A stretch of DNA of 64,000 nucleotides from the NCBI GenBank assembly GCA_028534125.1, contig CM052816.1, forward strand, positions 15,626,001-15,690,000. The letters are read 5' to 3'. How positions within the stretch are numbered: position 1 is the first letter of the stretch; each line of letters starts with the position of its first letter. A program made the translations under genes and the position numbers. Under the pieces are notes generated by a model. The model had not been told where the DNA came from. It made no database searches and saw only the letters and a list, made by a program, of their open reading frames with translations. This document shows positions 25,651 through 38,020 of the stretch, piece after piece. The DNA is from Lama glama. Its lineage: Eukaryota.

Positions 25651-26001
25651 CTGTCTCACTTGTAGCTCACAGAAGTTCGCTCACCTCCTTTCCTCTGGAA
25701 GCTGAAAAACCTGAGCTGTGATACATAATTCACTAATGGCTGAATCACTGCCTTATCATACAGTTTTTATTTGTAGTGATTTGGTTAGTGCCTTTTTCCC
25801 CTCATTGGATCATAAGCTCCTCAGGGGTAAGGTCTGTCTTTATTTTTTCTCACTTTTATATTGTGCTCAGCACCTAGTCCAGTATCAAGAACATAATAGT
25901 ACTCAATAAACATATGAGTACCTGAATGAATTAAGAAGTGTCCACATACCTTTGGTATAAATGAGGTCTCCACTATCTACTACGTGTTGGGGCAGGGTCA
26001 G

Positions 26002-26057
26002 GGTGTGTGAGACAGAGAGAGAGAGAGAGGGAGAGAGAGGGAGAGAGAGGGAGAGAG
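26002..26057. repeat. (GT)/(GA)n compound microsatellite with GAGAGAGAGG units
   Basis: Seen directly. Confidence 0.9.
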
Positions 26058-26164
26058 GTTTCCAGAGACAATTCTAAAGATGGGGACTGAGACCAGGTTC
26101 TTAAAGACAAATAGAAGTGGTTGCAGAATACTCTGGAAACAGAGGCTTGGCTTTATTAATAACA

Positions 26165-26405
26165 AGACTCTCGTTAGGCACTCACTCTATGCCAGACAGC
26201 TTCCTAAGAACATTAAGTGAAGTGTTTTATCCTCATAAAATGGCTCTGGGGAATAAGTACTATTATTATCCCCATTTTATAGACGGAGGGAGGAAACAAG
26301 GAGTAACTTGCCCAAGGTCATAGGGCTAGTAAGTAACAGAGCAAGGCTTTAAATCCAGGCAGTCTGACTTCAGAGCTACCTGCTTAACCACAATGCTATA
26401 TTGCT
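26165..26405 (-). mobile_element. MIR SINE
   Basis: TATTATTATCCCCATTTTATAGA...AACTTGCCCAAGGTCATAG...CCAGGCAGTCTGACTTCAGAG...CTTAACCAC. Confidence 0.85.
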
Positions 26406-26902
26406 TTCTGCGTGATGGTGCCCATGTGGTGACAGAAGCTTAGTGATCTCAGGTGTCTGCATCAGGCTTTTGTCTAAATTTAAGCTTTAGTAAAGCCACT
26501 GTCTCCTGAAGGTTTAGGCCTCTTTCCAGTGGTGCAGGTGGAGGGAGACGGGGATAAGAGGGTACGAAAATCTACACAGGATCCTTTTCTCGAAAAGTCA
26601 AACAAATATTTTTGCCTATAGGATTTTCTACCTTATATATAATAAAGGGAAAATAAAGAGTTTTCTTTAATAAAATGAAACTCAGAATAATCAGTCCCCC
26701 CTTCTCCTCCAAATCTCTGGTCTAGGAAGAAAGGTTAACGAAAGCTAAACGTTGCTATAGTCTTATTATGAATTAGCTTTCCCTCTCCCCTCCCTTCATC
26801 TCTATTACATATTTAGTGCTCCGTACATAGTCTTATTTAGTTGATATTCCTAATAGCTGGTACGCTTTTCTGTTTGTTTCATGTAAGGATATCTGACCTT
26901 CC

Positions 26903-27392
26903 TGTGATAATTATACGCTACTTGCCCTGCCGCCCCATTCCCATCCCCAGGTTCACCCTCCATCCTTCCCTGTCCTGCTCTGAACCGTGGAGCACTGACC
27001 TCTATGGGTTACATCACCTGGGTTCTCCTACTCTCTGGCTTTTAACAGGTTCAGCAGAAGCTTGCCATAGGAATAGGAAGAAGAGCAGGAAGAAAGAGAG
27101 GTGGGGGTGTTTTTCTCTCTACTTTGATGCCACATTCTTGCAGTAGCTGCCCGACAGCCCTTCCTATAAGGCTCCACCATTTGGTGGGCTCCCACGCTCT
27201 GCCTTTAGTTTGCCCCTGCATGTCTAGGGAAGAGAAGGTTTTTAGGAAATTCTTGCTGGTCCCTGGGTACCTCTACATACCTGCTGTTTCCTGAACTGTC
27301 CACATCTTTGTAAATAGTCTCTTTAATAAATCATTTTCAGTAAAGTCTTTTGAGTAGAATATTATTTTCTGCTTAGGACCCTGCCTGGTGTA
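26903..27392 (+). mobile_element. ERVL solo LTR (LTR33-like)
   Basis: TG start, CTGACCTCTATGGGTTACATCACC, TTTGTAAATAGTCTCTTTAATAAA poly(A) signal, end TTTCTGCTTAGGACCCTGCCTGGTGTA. Confidence 0.7.
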
Positions 27393-28009
27393 TTTCCCCT
27401 TTAGAAGACTTTCAAAATCCTTAAAGGCGTGGAAGAGGCCTAGACTTCCAAATAGGGATAAGATTAAATCAGCCTCAGGTAGATTGTCCCACATATTGGA
27501 TCAAGAGATTTTTATCACTGTTTCCAAGATTATTCTGGACAGACTCTGAATATGTGTACCTTGCTATGTGTATCAGAGATAGTTCATCAGACTTTTTAAT
27601 AGCTTGAATAAAATGACCTCGAGGTTATTCATTCCCTTTGCCCTGGGACTCTGAGCATCAAGAAACCTTGTGATTACTAAATTGGTTCCCTAGGTAACTT
27701 GATCCAGAGAAAGGGGTACCCTAGAGGGTGGACACCAATATTCCACACCTGAAGAAGTATAGGCTGTCTTACATTAATCAAATGATATTTTTAAAGACAG
27801 GGAAAGAAGAATGTAGTTCCCCATTTTTCCCCATCCACATTAGTACTATACTTTTTCTTTTTGGCTTGCATTTCTCAAAGATAATTTTTTTTGGCTTATG
27901 GCTTCAGCCCTGTATTAATATGAAGATTCCTGTTACCCAGATCTGTAAACTAATCTGTATCTATGATACTGAGTCCCTATTCTGTCTTCCTTCCTGTTAT
28001 AACACAAGG

Positions 28010-29930
28010 ATCACTTTTTCTGTCCGAGAGCATCCCCTCTCCTTGTGCTCTTCTGTCCATCCTCTCTTGTCTTCTAAAGGGCTTCCCTCTTCAATTATCC
28101 CCTTTCCTCCACAGCAATTTCTTCCTTCTTAATGGAACATCCCCATCAGCTTACAAGCATGCTCTGCCATCTCCTGGTTTGGCAAAAACCCTCCCTCAAC
28201 CCCACATCCTCCTTCAACTAGTTCTTCATTTCTCTTCTTGTCTGCCCAGCAGAACTTTTTGAAAAGATTGTTTATACTGTCTGTCACCATTTCCTTACTT
28301 TTCAGTGACTCCATTCTGGCTTCCTTCCAGGAAGCCATCACTCCACTGAAACAGCTTTAGTCAAGGTCATCAGTCACCTTCATGTGGCTGAATTCTATTG
28401 CTCTTTCTCGTCTTACTCAGCCTCTTAGAAACACTGGACACAGCTGACCAGTCTCTTTTTAAAAATACTTTCTTGGCTTCCATGACATCATTCTCTCAGT
28501 CTCTTTTCCTGACTCCTGCCCCTCTGTTCAGCCTCTAAATGTTGGGTTGCCCCAGGGCTAAGTTCTAGACTTGCACTATCCACATGGGGCTACTACTGCG
28601 TGTGTGAAATGTGGCTCTTGTGAAATGAGATATGCTGTAAACATAAAATACACTCTAAATTTCAAATACTTGGCATGAAACCTCACTAAAAACTTTGTAT
28701 GAGTACATATTGAAATAATATTTTAGATATATCGGACTATTCAAATGAATTTCTTTTTACTTTTTTACTTTGGCTACTAGAAAACTCAAAATTCCTTATG
28801 TGGCTCACATATATTTTATTGGACGGTGCTCTTCTAGATCCTCTTCCCTGTCAACTTTCTCTTTTCATCATCTTATCTAGGGCCATAGCTTTAAACACTA
28901 TCTGTCTGTTGACTCCCAAATTTAAACCTCTCACTTGAAGTCCAGACTTACATATCCAACTGGTACTTGAATTTCCATTTGAATGTCTACAGGTATCTCA
29001 GTATTACAGCATCAAAAATGGAATTTTCTGTATTCTCCAGCCCTATTATGTTACCTGCTAGGTTTCCCGTGTCAGTCGATGGTGCCATCATCTGTCCACT
29101 TGCTCACACCATAAAGTATAGTCTCAAAAAGTATAGTTTCATTCTCCCGGCCAGTCTTGTTGGTTCCACCTTCAAATCATATTTTGAATTTCATCCACTT
29201 TCCTTCATCTCCACTGCCACTGCCCCGATGTAAGCCCAGTCACCTCCCACCCAAACTACTGTAACAGCTTCCTAACTGCCCTCTTTACTTCCACTCTTTC
29301 CCCAATACAGTCTCTGCTCTATATCTCAGAATGGTCTCTTCTGAATATAAACCAGATCATGACATACCTCTCCTTAAACTTTTCCTGACTTCTGATTGCA
29401 CTTAGAATGAAACCCAAACCTACCATAGCTTGCAAGGCCCAGCGTAAGTCTGATCCCTACTTATCTCCCTGACATTAGTCCTGGCCTCTCTTTCCCCTTC
29501 TCATAGCCATCTCCGTCCTCACTGGCCTTCCTTCCCTACTTCCGTCATGCCAGGTTTGCTATTGCCTCAGGCTCTTCCTGTGGTATTCTTCCCTCCAATG
29601 CTCTGCTCCCAGAGTTTTCCATGGAGGACCCCTCTTCATCCTTCAGATCTCAGCACAGATGTTGCCTCCTTAGAGAGACCATCCTTGCAAGTGGTATTCT
29701 GTCCTAGTCACTTTCTGTCTAATCATCCTCACACACTCTCTCTTCCTTCCTTCCTCTTTTTTTTCTCTTACTGAGCTGTTTTATGTATTTGCGTCCTTTT
29801 TAGTGTCTGTTTCTGTTTAAGAGTATAAGCTCTTCACGAGCAGGGAACTTGTGTGCCTTGTTTGCACCTGTCTTCTCAGCATCTGCTATGAAGTGTGGTC
29901 CAGAGTAGACACTAAAAATAGTTTTGAGTG
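28010..29930 (+). mobile_element. Long L2 fragment including its 3' end
   Basis: Pyrimidine-rich; CTCCACTGAAACAGCTTTAGTCAAGGTCATCAG, GACACAGCTGACCA, CTAAATGTTGG, TAAGCTCTTCACGAGCAGGGA. Confidence 0.8.
28571..28831. mobile_element. hAT-Charlie MITE (MER33-like) nested in L2
   Basis: GAGATATGCTGTAAACATAAAATACAC and TGGCTACTAGAAAA motifs; TSD TTCTAGAC / TTCTAGAT. Confidence 0.75.
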
Positions 29931-31404
29931 ATACATTGCTTAATATTAATCAAATGGATTTTTGAAAAGCAAGAATGAAGAAAATGTTTTGGGGAATAAA
30001 TGATTTCATTTTGGAATGAATAACATGGAATGTCTTAGAACCTAAGGCATAACTTAAGGAGTTCTGCCTTCGGCCTTAATAGATCTTAATCCCTCAGTGT
30101 GGTTGTGTTTGTTACGTTCAGCAAGTATTGAGGGCCTAGTATTTGCAGAGCATACTGTCTCTGCCCTCAGAATTGGGAGAGCCGAGAGAACAGTGGGACA
30201 CGGAGCCCGAGGGACAAAGGGGAGGGATGACATTAAAGAAGAAAAGTGTGGTGGGGGCAGGGTGGGGAGGGGGGACCCAGGGCAGGTGCTAGCTCAACAG
30301 ATAATAGCTCTAATATTGCCTAGATTTTAGCTCTAGCAGGAACCATGGCTATTATTTCTTTAGCATCTAGGTCAGTATGCATAGTAGGTTTTCAGTAAAT
30401 GCTTTTTGGTAGAATGAATAAATACATTTATGAATTTTAAAGAAAACGCAGGAAAAGTGAAGTCTTAAAATTTCTGACCTTGGAAGTATCTGGGGAGCAA
30501 ATGAAAAAGAATGCACATGAGCTGGAAATTAGGAGGTAGAAACAAGGTTGAATTGGACACTCAAAGGTACACGAGCCTGAGGAGTCAGGAGCAAGAGAAT
30601 AATTTCTTCTTCTCATCCTGCTTCACGCCCCCAGAGTTGAATCAACTTCAGAGTTCCTGTTGACCTCAGGAAAGGATGCCAAATACACAAATCAGGAAAA
30701 CAGAGACAGGAAAATCTTTGAATGTTAAACAGCAAAAACGTCCAGCTTGAAAGACATCTCCTTTTTTTCGCCAATCCAAATTAGATACACTACAACATGT
30801 AAAAGAAAAGCAAATGCTGGTGTGAAACACGACTGTATTATCTGATCACAATAACACAGGACAGAGACATCTGTGTCCAGATTGTGCTTCTGCTGTGGTC
30901 TATTTTCGGGAACTTCTGGGTTTGAATCTAAGAGTGATATCTGGAAAAGAGATAATGATTTGTGCTCACATAATGCTTTTCATCCAAAGGTCTCAAAGCA
31001 CTGGACAAAGACAAAAGTATTGCTATCCCAGATGGAACAACCGAGACGGAGGGGCTGCTGCCCTTTTCAGCAAAGGGGAGAGCAGAAGCCCTTGGACTCC
31101 TGATGCAGCCCTAGGCTATAAATGATTGAATCGTGTCCTCTCTTGATTGGGAGCAGGGACTACCAATGCTGTGACTTTAAAAAATATATATAAAGTAGAA
31201 CATCAGGCTCTATGCTTAAGAATTTTAGCATGTGTTCAAAACGTATAAAAACGGGTGGTTTTAAAATTGCTGCCTTTGGGGGTAAATTATGGCTACTGAA
31301 AAGAATAAAATGGTTATTCTAGTCAGACTAGTACTAGTTAACACGTGCTAAGCATTATTTGAATAGTGCTATATATATTCTTTCATTTAATACTGGCTAC
31401 AACT

Positions 31405-31765
31405 TTCTAATTGAAGTATAATCATCACGTGGCATTGTATTAGTTTCAGGTGTACGATAAAATTCGACATTTGTGTAAACTGAGAAATGATCACCACAAT
31501 AAGTCTAGTTACCATCAGTTACCATACAAAGTTACACACTTTTCTTGGGATGAGAACTGCTAAGGTTTACTTTCTTGGGGGATGGGGTTTCGGGGGCAGA
31601 GCTCAGTGGTAGAATGTGCTTGACATGCACAGGGTTCTGGGTTCAACCCCCAGTGCCTCTGTTAAGCGGGAAAAACAAATAAATAAAAATTTAAAAGAAC
31701 TTAAGAAAGATTTACTTTCTTAGCTACTTTCAAATTTGCAATACAATATTTTTTACTATAAGACT
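31405..31765 (-). mobile_element. L1 3' end inserted in a MIR and split by SINE copy 3
   Basis: AATTGAAGTATA...TTAGTTTCAGGTGTAC...AAATGATCACCACAATAAGTCTAGTTACCATC; MIR sequence on both sides. Confidence 0.8.
31577..31706 (+). mobile_element. tRNA-derived SINE (vic-1-like), copy 3
   Basis: GCTCAGTGGTAGA A-box, GGTTCAACCCC B-box, A-rich tail; 15-bp TSD AAG(G/A)TTTACTTTCTT at 31562-31576 and 31707-31721. Confidence 0.88.
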
Positions 31766-32830
31766 CGCAGCAATTTTAATGAAGTAGGAACTATGATCTC
31801 TTCATCCATTTTACAACTGAGGAAACTGAGAGCCCGAGAAGTTTATTAACTAGGCCAAGATGTCAGTGAAGTAAGTGGCTGACTGAGTCCACTGCCCGTA
31901 CTCTTAGCCAGTTACTCCATGCCAGCTCCTGTGAAGCATTTTGCATGAATTCTGTCACCGAATCCTCACAAAACCCCTAGAAGTAGGTATATTATTATCC
32001 CAATTTATTTGGGGAGAACACTAAGGATTAGTAAGGTGAAGTGACTTGCTCAAGCTCGTTCTAGTAGAGGCAGAGCCAGGATTTTGAAACACAGACAAAA
32101 GAACACTAGGCAAGGAGACAGGGTGTCAGTGCTGTTTCTGCCACTAACGAGGCTATGTGACCTGGAGCAAATCCAAGTCTTCACGGTCTCTGTGTCTTCC
32201 TCCGTGAAAGGAGGCCACCGGGATACATAGCTGCAGAGTCCTTCCCCGTGCTAATATTCTCAGATTCTCAGTATCTGTTTTCTATTTAGTCCCTTGTTTG
32301 AAAATCCTTGGAGGAAAAGAAATTAACCACACAGAACCTGAGAGTGACTCTGGGAGCCAAATTTAGAAAACAGATCTCCAAAGGAGAAAAAAAGAAGTTT
32401 ACAAAACGTCTCTATTTAGAAAATGAGACCGTCCTGCAAAGCGTTTGGCTTGATTTGTGAGACCTGATGACCACGTAAAGGACATACACATCCCCCTGCC
32501 TGGCCAGTTCTCCTGGATGTAATAAGCCATGTAACCTGGTTCACTGGCCATTTTTGGCCACTGAATTGGCTAAAGCTGGAAGAAGCCCATCTCGTGTGGG
32601 AGGGATCTGGGAGGAAAAGCCAAGCTCTTCATGTGGGTGTTCTATCTTGAATTCAGTATGTCTACACCATTCTGTCTACTTCTGTTTTTGTTCTCAGTGA
32701 TTATTATGTAGTGACACAGCCCACTGCTACCATGAACTGTTTTTTTCACAACTCTGTGGGGAGCCACAGTATAGTGAACAGGTCTGCCTTCCATTTCTCC
32801 GTCTAGTTCTGTTCAAAAGCATTAGCATGC

Positions 32831-33515
32831 TCCAAAGGAAACGAAGTCACTATCTCAAAGAGATAACCAGTACTCCTGTGTTCATTGCAGCATTACTCAC
32901 AATAGCCAAGGTATGGAAACAACCTAAGTGCCCATCAGTGGATGAATGGATAAATGTGGTGTATATGTATATATAAAATGGGATATTATTCAGCTTGAAA
33001 GAAAGAAGGAAACCCTGCCGTTTGCCACAACGTGGATGAACATGGAGGACATTATGCTAAGTGAAATAAGCCAGAGAAAGGCAAATACTGCATGGTATTA
33101 TTTACATATGAAATCCAAAGGAAAAAAAAAAGACTCCTAGAATAAGAGAATAGAATGGTGGCTGCCAGTGGGGGAAGGGAGAGAGGTTGGTGAAAGGGTA
33201 TAAACTTTCAGTTACAAAATGAATGTGCTCTTAGGATGTAATGTATAACATGGTGACTACAGATGATAACTGTATAGTTAAAAATTACTCAGAGAGTAGA
33301 ACTTAAATGTTCACATCAAAAAAAAAGGTAAATATATGAGGTGATGGATCTGTTAATTAACTCAGTTGTAGGAATCCTTTCACAAGGTATACATATATCA
33401 AATTATCACCTTTAAATATATTACAGTTGTGTCAGTTACACATCAATAAATCTGAAAAAATAACTAAAAGAGAAAGAAAAAAGGAAGACCAACAAAACAA
33501 AACAAAACAAAACCC
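32831..33515 (+). mobile_element. 5'-truncated L1 (L1MA-like) 3' end with A-rich/(AAAAC)n tail
   Basis: TGTTCATTGCAGCATTACTCACAATAGCCAAG...ATTATGCTAAGTGAAATAAGCCAG...CAATAAATCTGAAAAAA. Confidence 0.9.
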
Positions 33516-34279
33516 CAAAAGTGTCAGCTTGAGTTTGTTACAAACCTTCGTTCTTTCAATAGCTTTGAGATCTTGAGAAAGGCACTTAAATTCTCTCAGT
33601 GTCTCAGTTTTCCTCATCTTTTTACAAAATGATGCTTCTACCACTTGCTCTCCAGTGTTATACATTTCAAACAGTCTGACATTGGTGGAGGTAGTTTGGA
33701 GAGATTGGGGATCTCTTAGGTGACAATGAAAGTGTGGCTAAGAGATGAGTCTCCCTCAGAGAGATACTGATGTGCACAAAGCAAGTGGTCTGGCAACGGG
33801 CAAGCCTGAATGGGAGTCCCAACACTGCCTGCCACTTGGGCAAGTTACTAAACCTCTGTAAGTCTCTTCAGTTTGTAAAACGCAAAGTCGTTGAGGCATG
33901 GGAATATAAACATGAAGCTCCTGACACACGAGGTTATTAAAAAATGATAGCTATTATTATTTTGATTATCAATTATTGACTTAAAGTAAAGAGTCTGCAG
34001 GTTCAGAATATCAAGTTTCCTTTTCTCTAGGGGAAAAGCCAGAAGAGAACTGGGCTGTTCTAGGAAAACAAATACCCCAGTCTTCTATACTAAATGGCTG
34101 AGGTTAATTCTGAAAGCTTAGCCTCAGACACATCACATCTTGGGGAAATCTGGACAGGTACCTCTCTTTCTTTTAGAAGTCTCTGCCTAAGTCCACACCC
34201 TCTGTGGCCACAAGAATTCCTGTGGACTGTTGGGATCTCAAAACTTATATTTGCGCTCTAAAGAAGATAAAGATACAGC

Positions 34280-34898
34280 GCAATGATTCCCAACCCTTTT
34301 TTTAAGCATGCGAATCTCATTTTAAAGTAAAAAAATTTCAGGGAATCCCATATAATAAGAGTTCTACTTTAGCTTTTGATTGAGAAGATACATGATTTAA
34401 AAAAAATCAGCAAGAGCAAAAAAATTAGAGAATCTTCCCAAACATTTTTGGATAGGTAGTATGTGAACTTAATAAAAAAAAATTCACAAGGTACTAAAGG
34501 GAACAAACACCATGAAAAGTATTCCTGCACACCAGCCCTCAGCCACCCAGGGCCCTCCCCTAGAGCCAGCTACCAACTATCAGTTTGATTTCTGCTGCAT
34601 CCTTTCAACGATGATCTCTGCTCTACAAATATTTCTATACTTATCCTTTAAAAAAAGACCAAGTGGTAGCATATCTTACCACTTTTCTTCACCTGTTTCA
34701 TGCTACTTCATACTTAGCAATGTCTTGTTACACTTTAAAATGATTATGTGAAAAAAGAGATAGAATTATGTATTTTTATTCATCACATTGGCAGCTGGTA
34801 TTGGAAAACTGCATCGCATTTTCAATATACAGAAAATCCTAGTGTTTAATAACTACATACCACTTAGGGAGTCTCAGCTCCTAGACTGGGAACCACTG
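34280..34898. mobile_element. hAT-Charlie remnant with an internal old L1 fragment (about 34450-34725, - strand)
   Basis: TIR-like ends CAATGATTCCCAACC / GACTGGGAACCACTG. Confidence 0.5.
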
Positions 34899-35689
34899 GT
34901 ATGAGTAAAATATCAATAACATTCAACATTAATTTTGGCCCTGACTCTGCATAAGAACTTTACACTTATTATCTCACATAATCCACATCCTTCAAATCCT
35001 TCTAATCCCAGTTTAAATGTTATCTCCTCAGAGAAGCCTTCCCTTATCCAAGTAGAGCTACCCTCTCCCTTTCCATTATTTCCTATCGTTTCATCCTGTT
35101 TATTTTCTTCAGGGCAGTTACCCATTTGTTTGTTGTCTATTTGTTGACTGCTGTTTCCCCAAGTAGAGTAAGAGCTTTGAAAGCAGGGACAGCGTCAGTT
35201 TGGTTCACTGCAGTCTACCCAGTGACTAGTCCCATGCCTTGGTGCTTGGCACAGAAGGGCCATTTAATTGGATCTTTATTGAATATGTACATAATGAGCA
35301 AAAACCAATTTTACAAGGCAGACTCTGTTCTCCATTATACGAATGAGGAAGCTAAGGCCTAGAGAGGGAAATAGACTCATCCTTGAATTAGTAAGTTATA
35401 AAATTGTTTTGAAACTCAGTACTGCTTGACTCCAGAGCACACGCTCTTTGGCACTACTCTGGTCTCAGAAACAGAAGATTGAGTCAAAGCTTGGCTGTGT
35501 GTGATCTTGAATACATCCCTTTTCCTCCCTGGGACTGTTTCTTCCACTGAAAAATGAGAAGGTGGAGTTAGTAACCTTCCGTAGAGTTGTGACTGGTAAG
35601 AATGAAAAAGGAGACATTGAAGGGGCCAAGAGTGGCTTGATGTCTTTAGGAAAGCCGTTTCTAGTCTTTAATTCCTACCTTCCTTTCTT

Positions 35690-36575
35690 CACTGAGGATT
35701 TATATCCTTATTCTACCCCAGGCTCTGTGTTGGGTGTCCTTTTGGATAGGTATCCAAAGACTAATAGGATGTGATCCCTGCCATTAAGGTGCTTGGTTTA
35801 ATGGGTCTAATGCAAACCCATTAGTAGCTGCGTGAAGTACAATATAGGTCTTAGCCATGACAGTAATACGTATGGGGCACATGGTAACACAGAAGAGGAA
35901 GGGACTAATTCCATATGTTTGTGTGTGGTGGTGGATCTGTAGGCAGGGAGGGATGAGGCATACTGCTGAGGTAGGAATTGGGGAGAGAATAGTTTTCCAG
36001 GTGGACAAAGCAGAGGAGAGGCTTCCTGGACACCAGAGACATTGTGTGCAGAAGCATACCAGGAAACAGCACAACGGGCTGAGGATTGCTTGGAGAGGGG
36101 CTTAGCTCCCAGAGGATGGAGCTGGCTAAGGAGAGGGAGCCCATGAAGAGCCATGCTGAAGAGTTTGGGCTTTGCTTCTGAGAGCAGCAGCATGGCCAAA
36201 TCGTATTTATATTTGAGTTTTAGAAAGATCACTCTGGCAGTCGTAGGACTGAAGAAGGGTGATGAGGTGAAAGGTGTGGAGACGAGTTAGAAGGCTTTGC
36301 AGTAGTCCAGGTGAGAGGTGAGGAGTACCTGGACCTAAGGCATTCGTGCAGAGTTGGAGAGGAAGTAGATAAATCGGGGATTTTTTAAAAGGTGGAGGCA
36401 AAGGGCATGGTGGTTGGTTGGATGAGGAAGAATAAAATGAGACAGAGGGGCTTACTGGAACAGATAAGCATGCCCAAGTATAAAATGGTGCCATAAATAA
36501 CTATCTGGAATTTGGAGTTGCGTGGGAGAAATAATACTGTTGGTTTTGAATATGTTGAGTTTGAAATGTCTCTTA
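35690..36575 (-). mobile_element. L2 fragment(s)
   Basis: TTTTAGAAAGATCACTCTGGCAG, GCAGTAGTCCAGGTGAGAG, GTTTTGAATATGTTGAGTTTGA. Confidence 0.7.
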
Positions 36576-37784
36576 GCCAGGAGGAAAGGTCCCTTCTCTC
36601 TTTGTAGAATAGCAGTCTTAGCCAAAGTCAGACATCCTTGGGCCAGTCTCCTGTGGTCTCCTCTCTATCAGGGATAAGACTCTCCAAGACCTCACTGGAA
36701 TTCCTGAGCTCCATATCCTTCAAGGACATAAGCTGGGTATTGAAAACTCCCTGGATTCTTATTGATAGAAAGAGAATGGATCCCGAACATGCTTTTTAAA
36801 GTCAGATGCTGGTTTCAGTGGAGCAAACCCTCTGCTTCTTGGAAGTGCCACAGTTTCAAAAAGAAACCATTTCCTATGGGGCAGCTCTGGCCCTGACAGG
36901 CTCTGGCTCTCAGGTTGGCTCCCAAGAAGCCCCCACCTCCTTTAGGGGGCGGCTTTTTAAAAAAGAAGATAAGGTTGTGTAGCGTGCAGCACTACCTGGT
37001 TCCGCCTTTATGCTGGAGAAAGTCCGGACGCTTGGGGACCGGACACTCTCTCAATCATCACCCCTGGCTTGGCGTCCTCAATGCCGAAGCAAGACTCCAT
37101 GTAGCCCCAACTCTTCCCAAAATGAGGAGGATGGGACCCTCCCCCACCTCAACTCAATCTCCAGCGCTCACCAGGCGGTGGCAGGGCCGAGCACGTGGGC
37201 TCGATTAGAGGCTGGCCTCTAGGGTGCAGGGAAGGGTACATACAACCCAGGAGGCCGGAAGGGGACCAGTCACCCGGCCGTGGCAATCTCCCTGGCTCCT
37301 ACAGCGGATGGCCAAAGGCAGAGGCACACCCTGTGTCCCACTCCCACTTTCATAGGACGGTGCCAGAATCCGTTATCTCTACTCCGCCCTCTGTTTACGC
37401 ACTACCCCACTGTCATGCCCATAAATCCCAAGAGCAAAGGGTAGCACCATTCTTCCCGCGTCCCTGCGGGCCCTGAGGCCGGGCACTAAAGCAGTGCAGT
37501 CCCAAGCTTCCCCTGCAGAAGCCGCGCTCCCCACTCGGTTCGGAGGTAGAGGGGGCGCGAGAGAGCAAGTGGGCGGACGTCCCATCCTCCGCATCCACCT
37601 CCAGGTCCTGGCGCGCAGGGTGGGAGCGCTGCGCGGCTCCGCGCTGCGCATCGCGGCCCGCCTGCCGCCTACCGCCTGCCCCCTGCCCTAGCTGGGCCAC
37701 CTCCCCGGGCTGCGGGTGGAGGGCTACGAGGCGCTAACGTTACGCTGTTTCCGGTTTTCCAGCGGGTTTTGCTTCCCCTCCCAA

Positions 37785-37805
37785 GGCGGCGGCGGCGGCG
37801 GCGGC
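37785..37805 (+). repeat. (GGC)7 repeat in the presumed NRG2 5' UTR
   Basis: Seven GGC units followed by GGAGCGGCGGAG, 33 nt upstream of the ATG. Confidence 0.95.
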
Positions 37806-37838
37806 GGAGCGGCGGAGCCCCCCAAATGGCCTGGCCAG

Positions 37839-37953
37839 ATGCGGCAGGTTTGCTGCTCAGCGCTGCCGCCGCCGCCACTGGAGAAGGCTCGGTGCAGCAG
37901 CTACAGCGACAGCAGCAGCAGCAGCAGCAGCGAGAGGAGCAGCAGCAGCGAGA

Positions 37954-38020
<67 letters not shown>

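Noticed and set aside
32946..33140. 64-aa ORF with L1 ORF2-like C-terminal residues
   Set aside because: Fragment of a 5'-truncated L1; not an independent gene.
36478..36490. TATA box (GTATAAAA) for NRG2
   Set aside because: More than 1.2 kb upstream of the GC-rich core and inside an L2 remnant.
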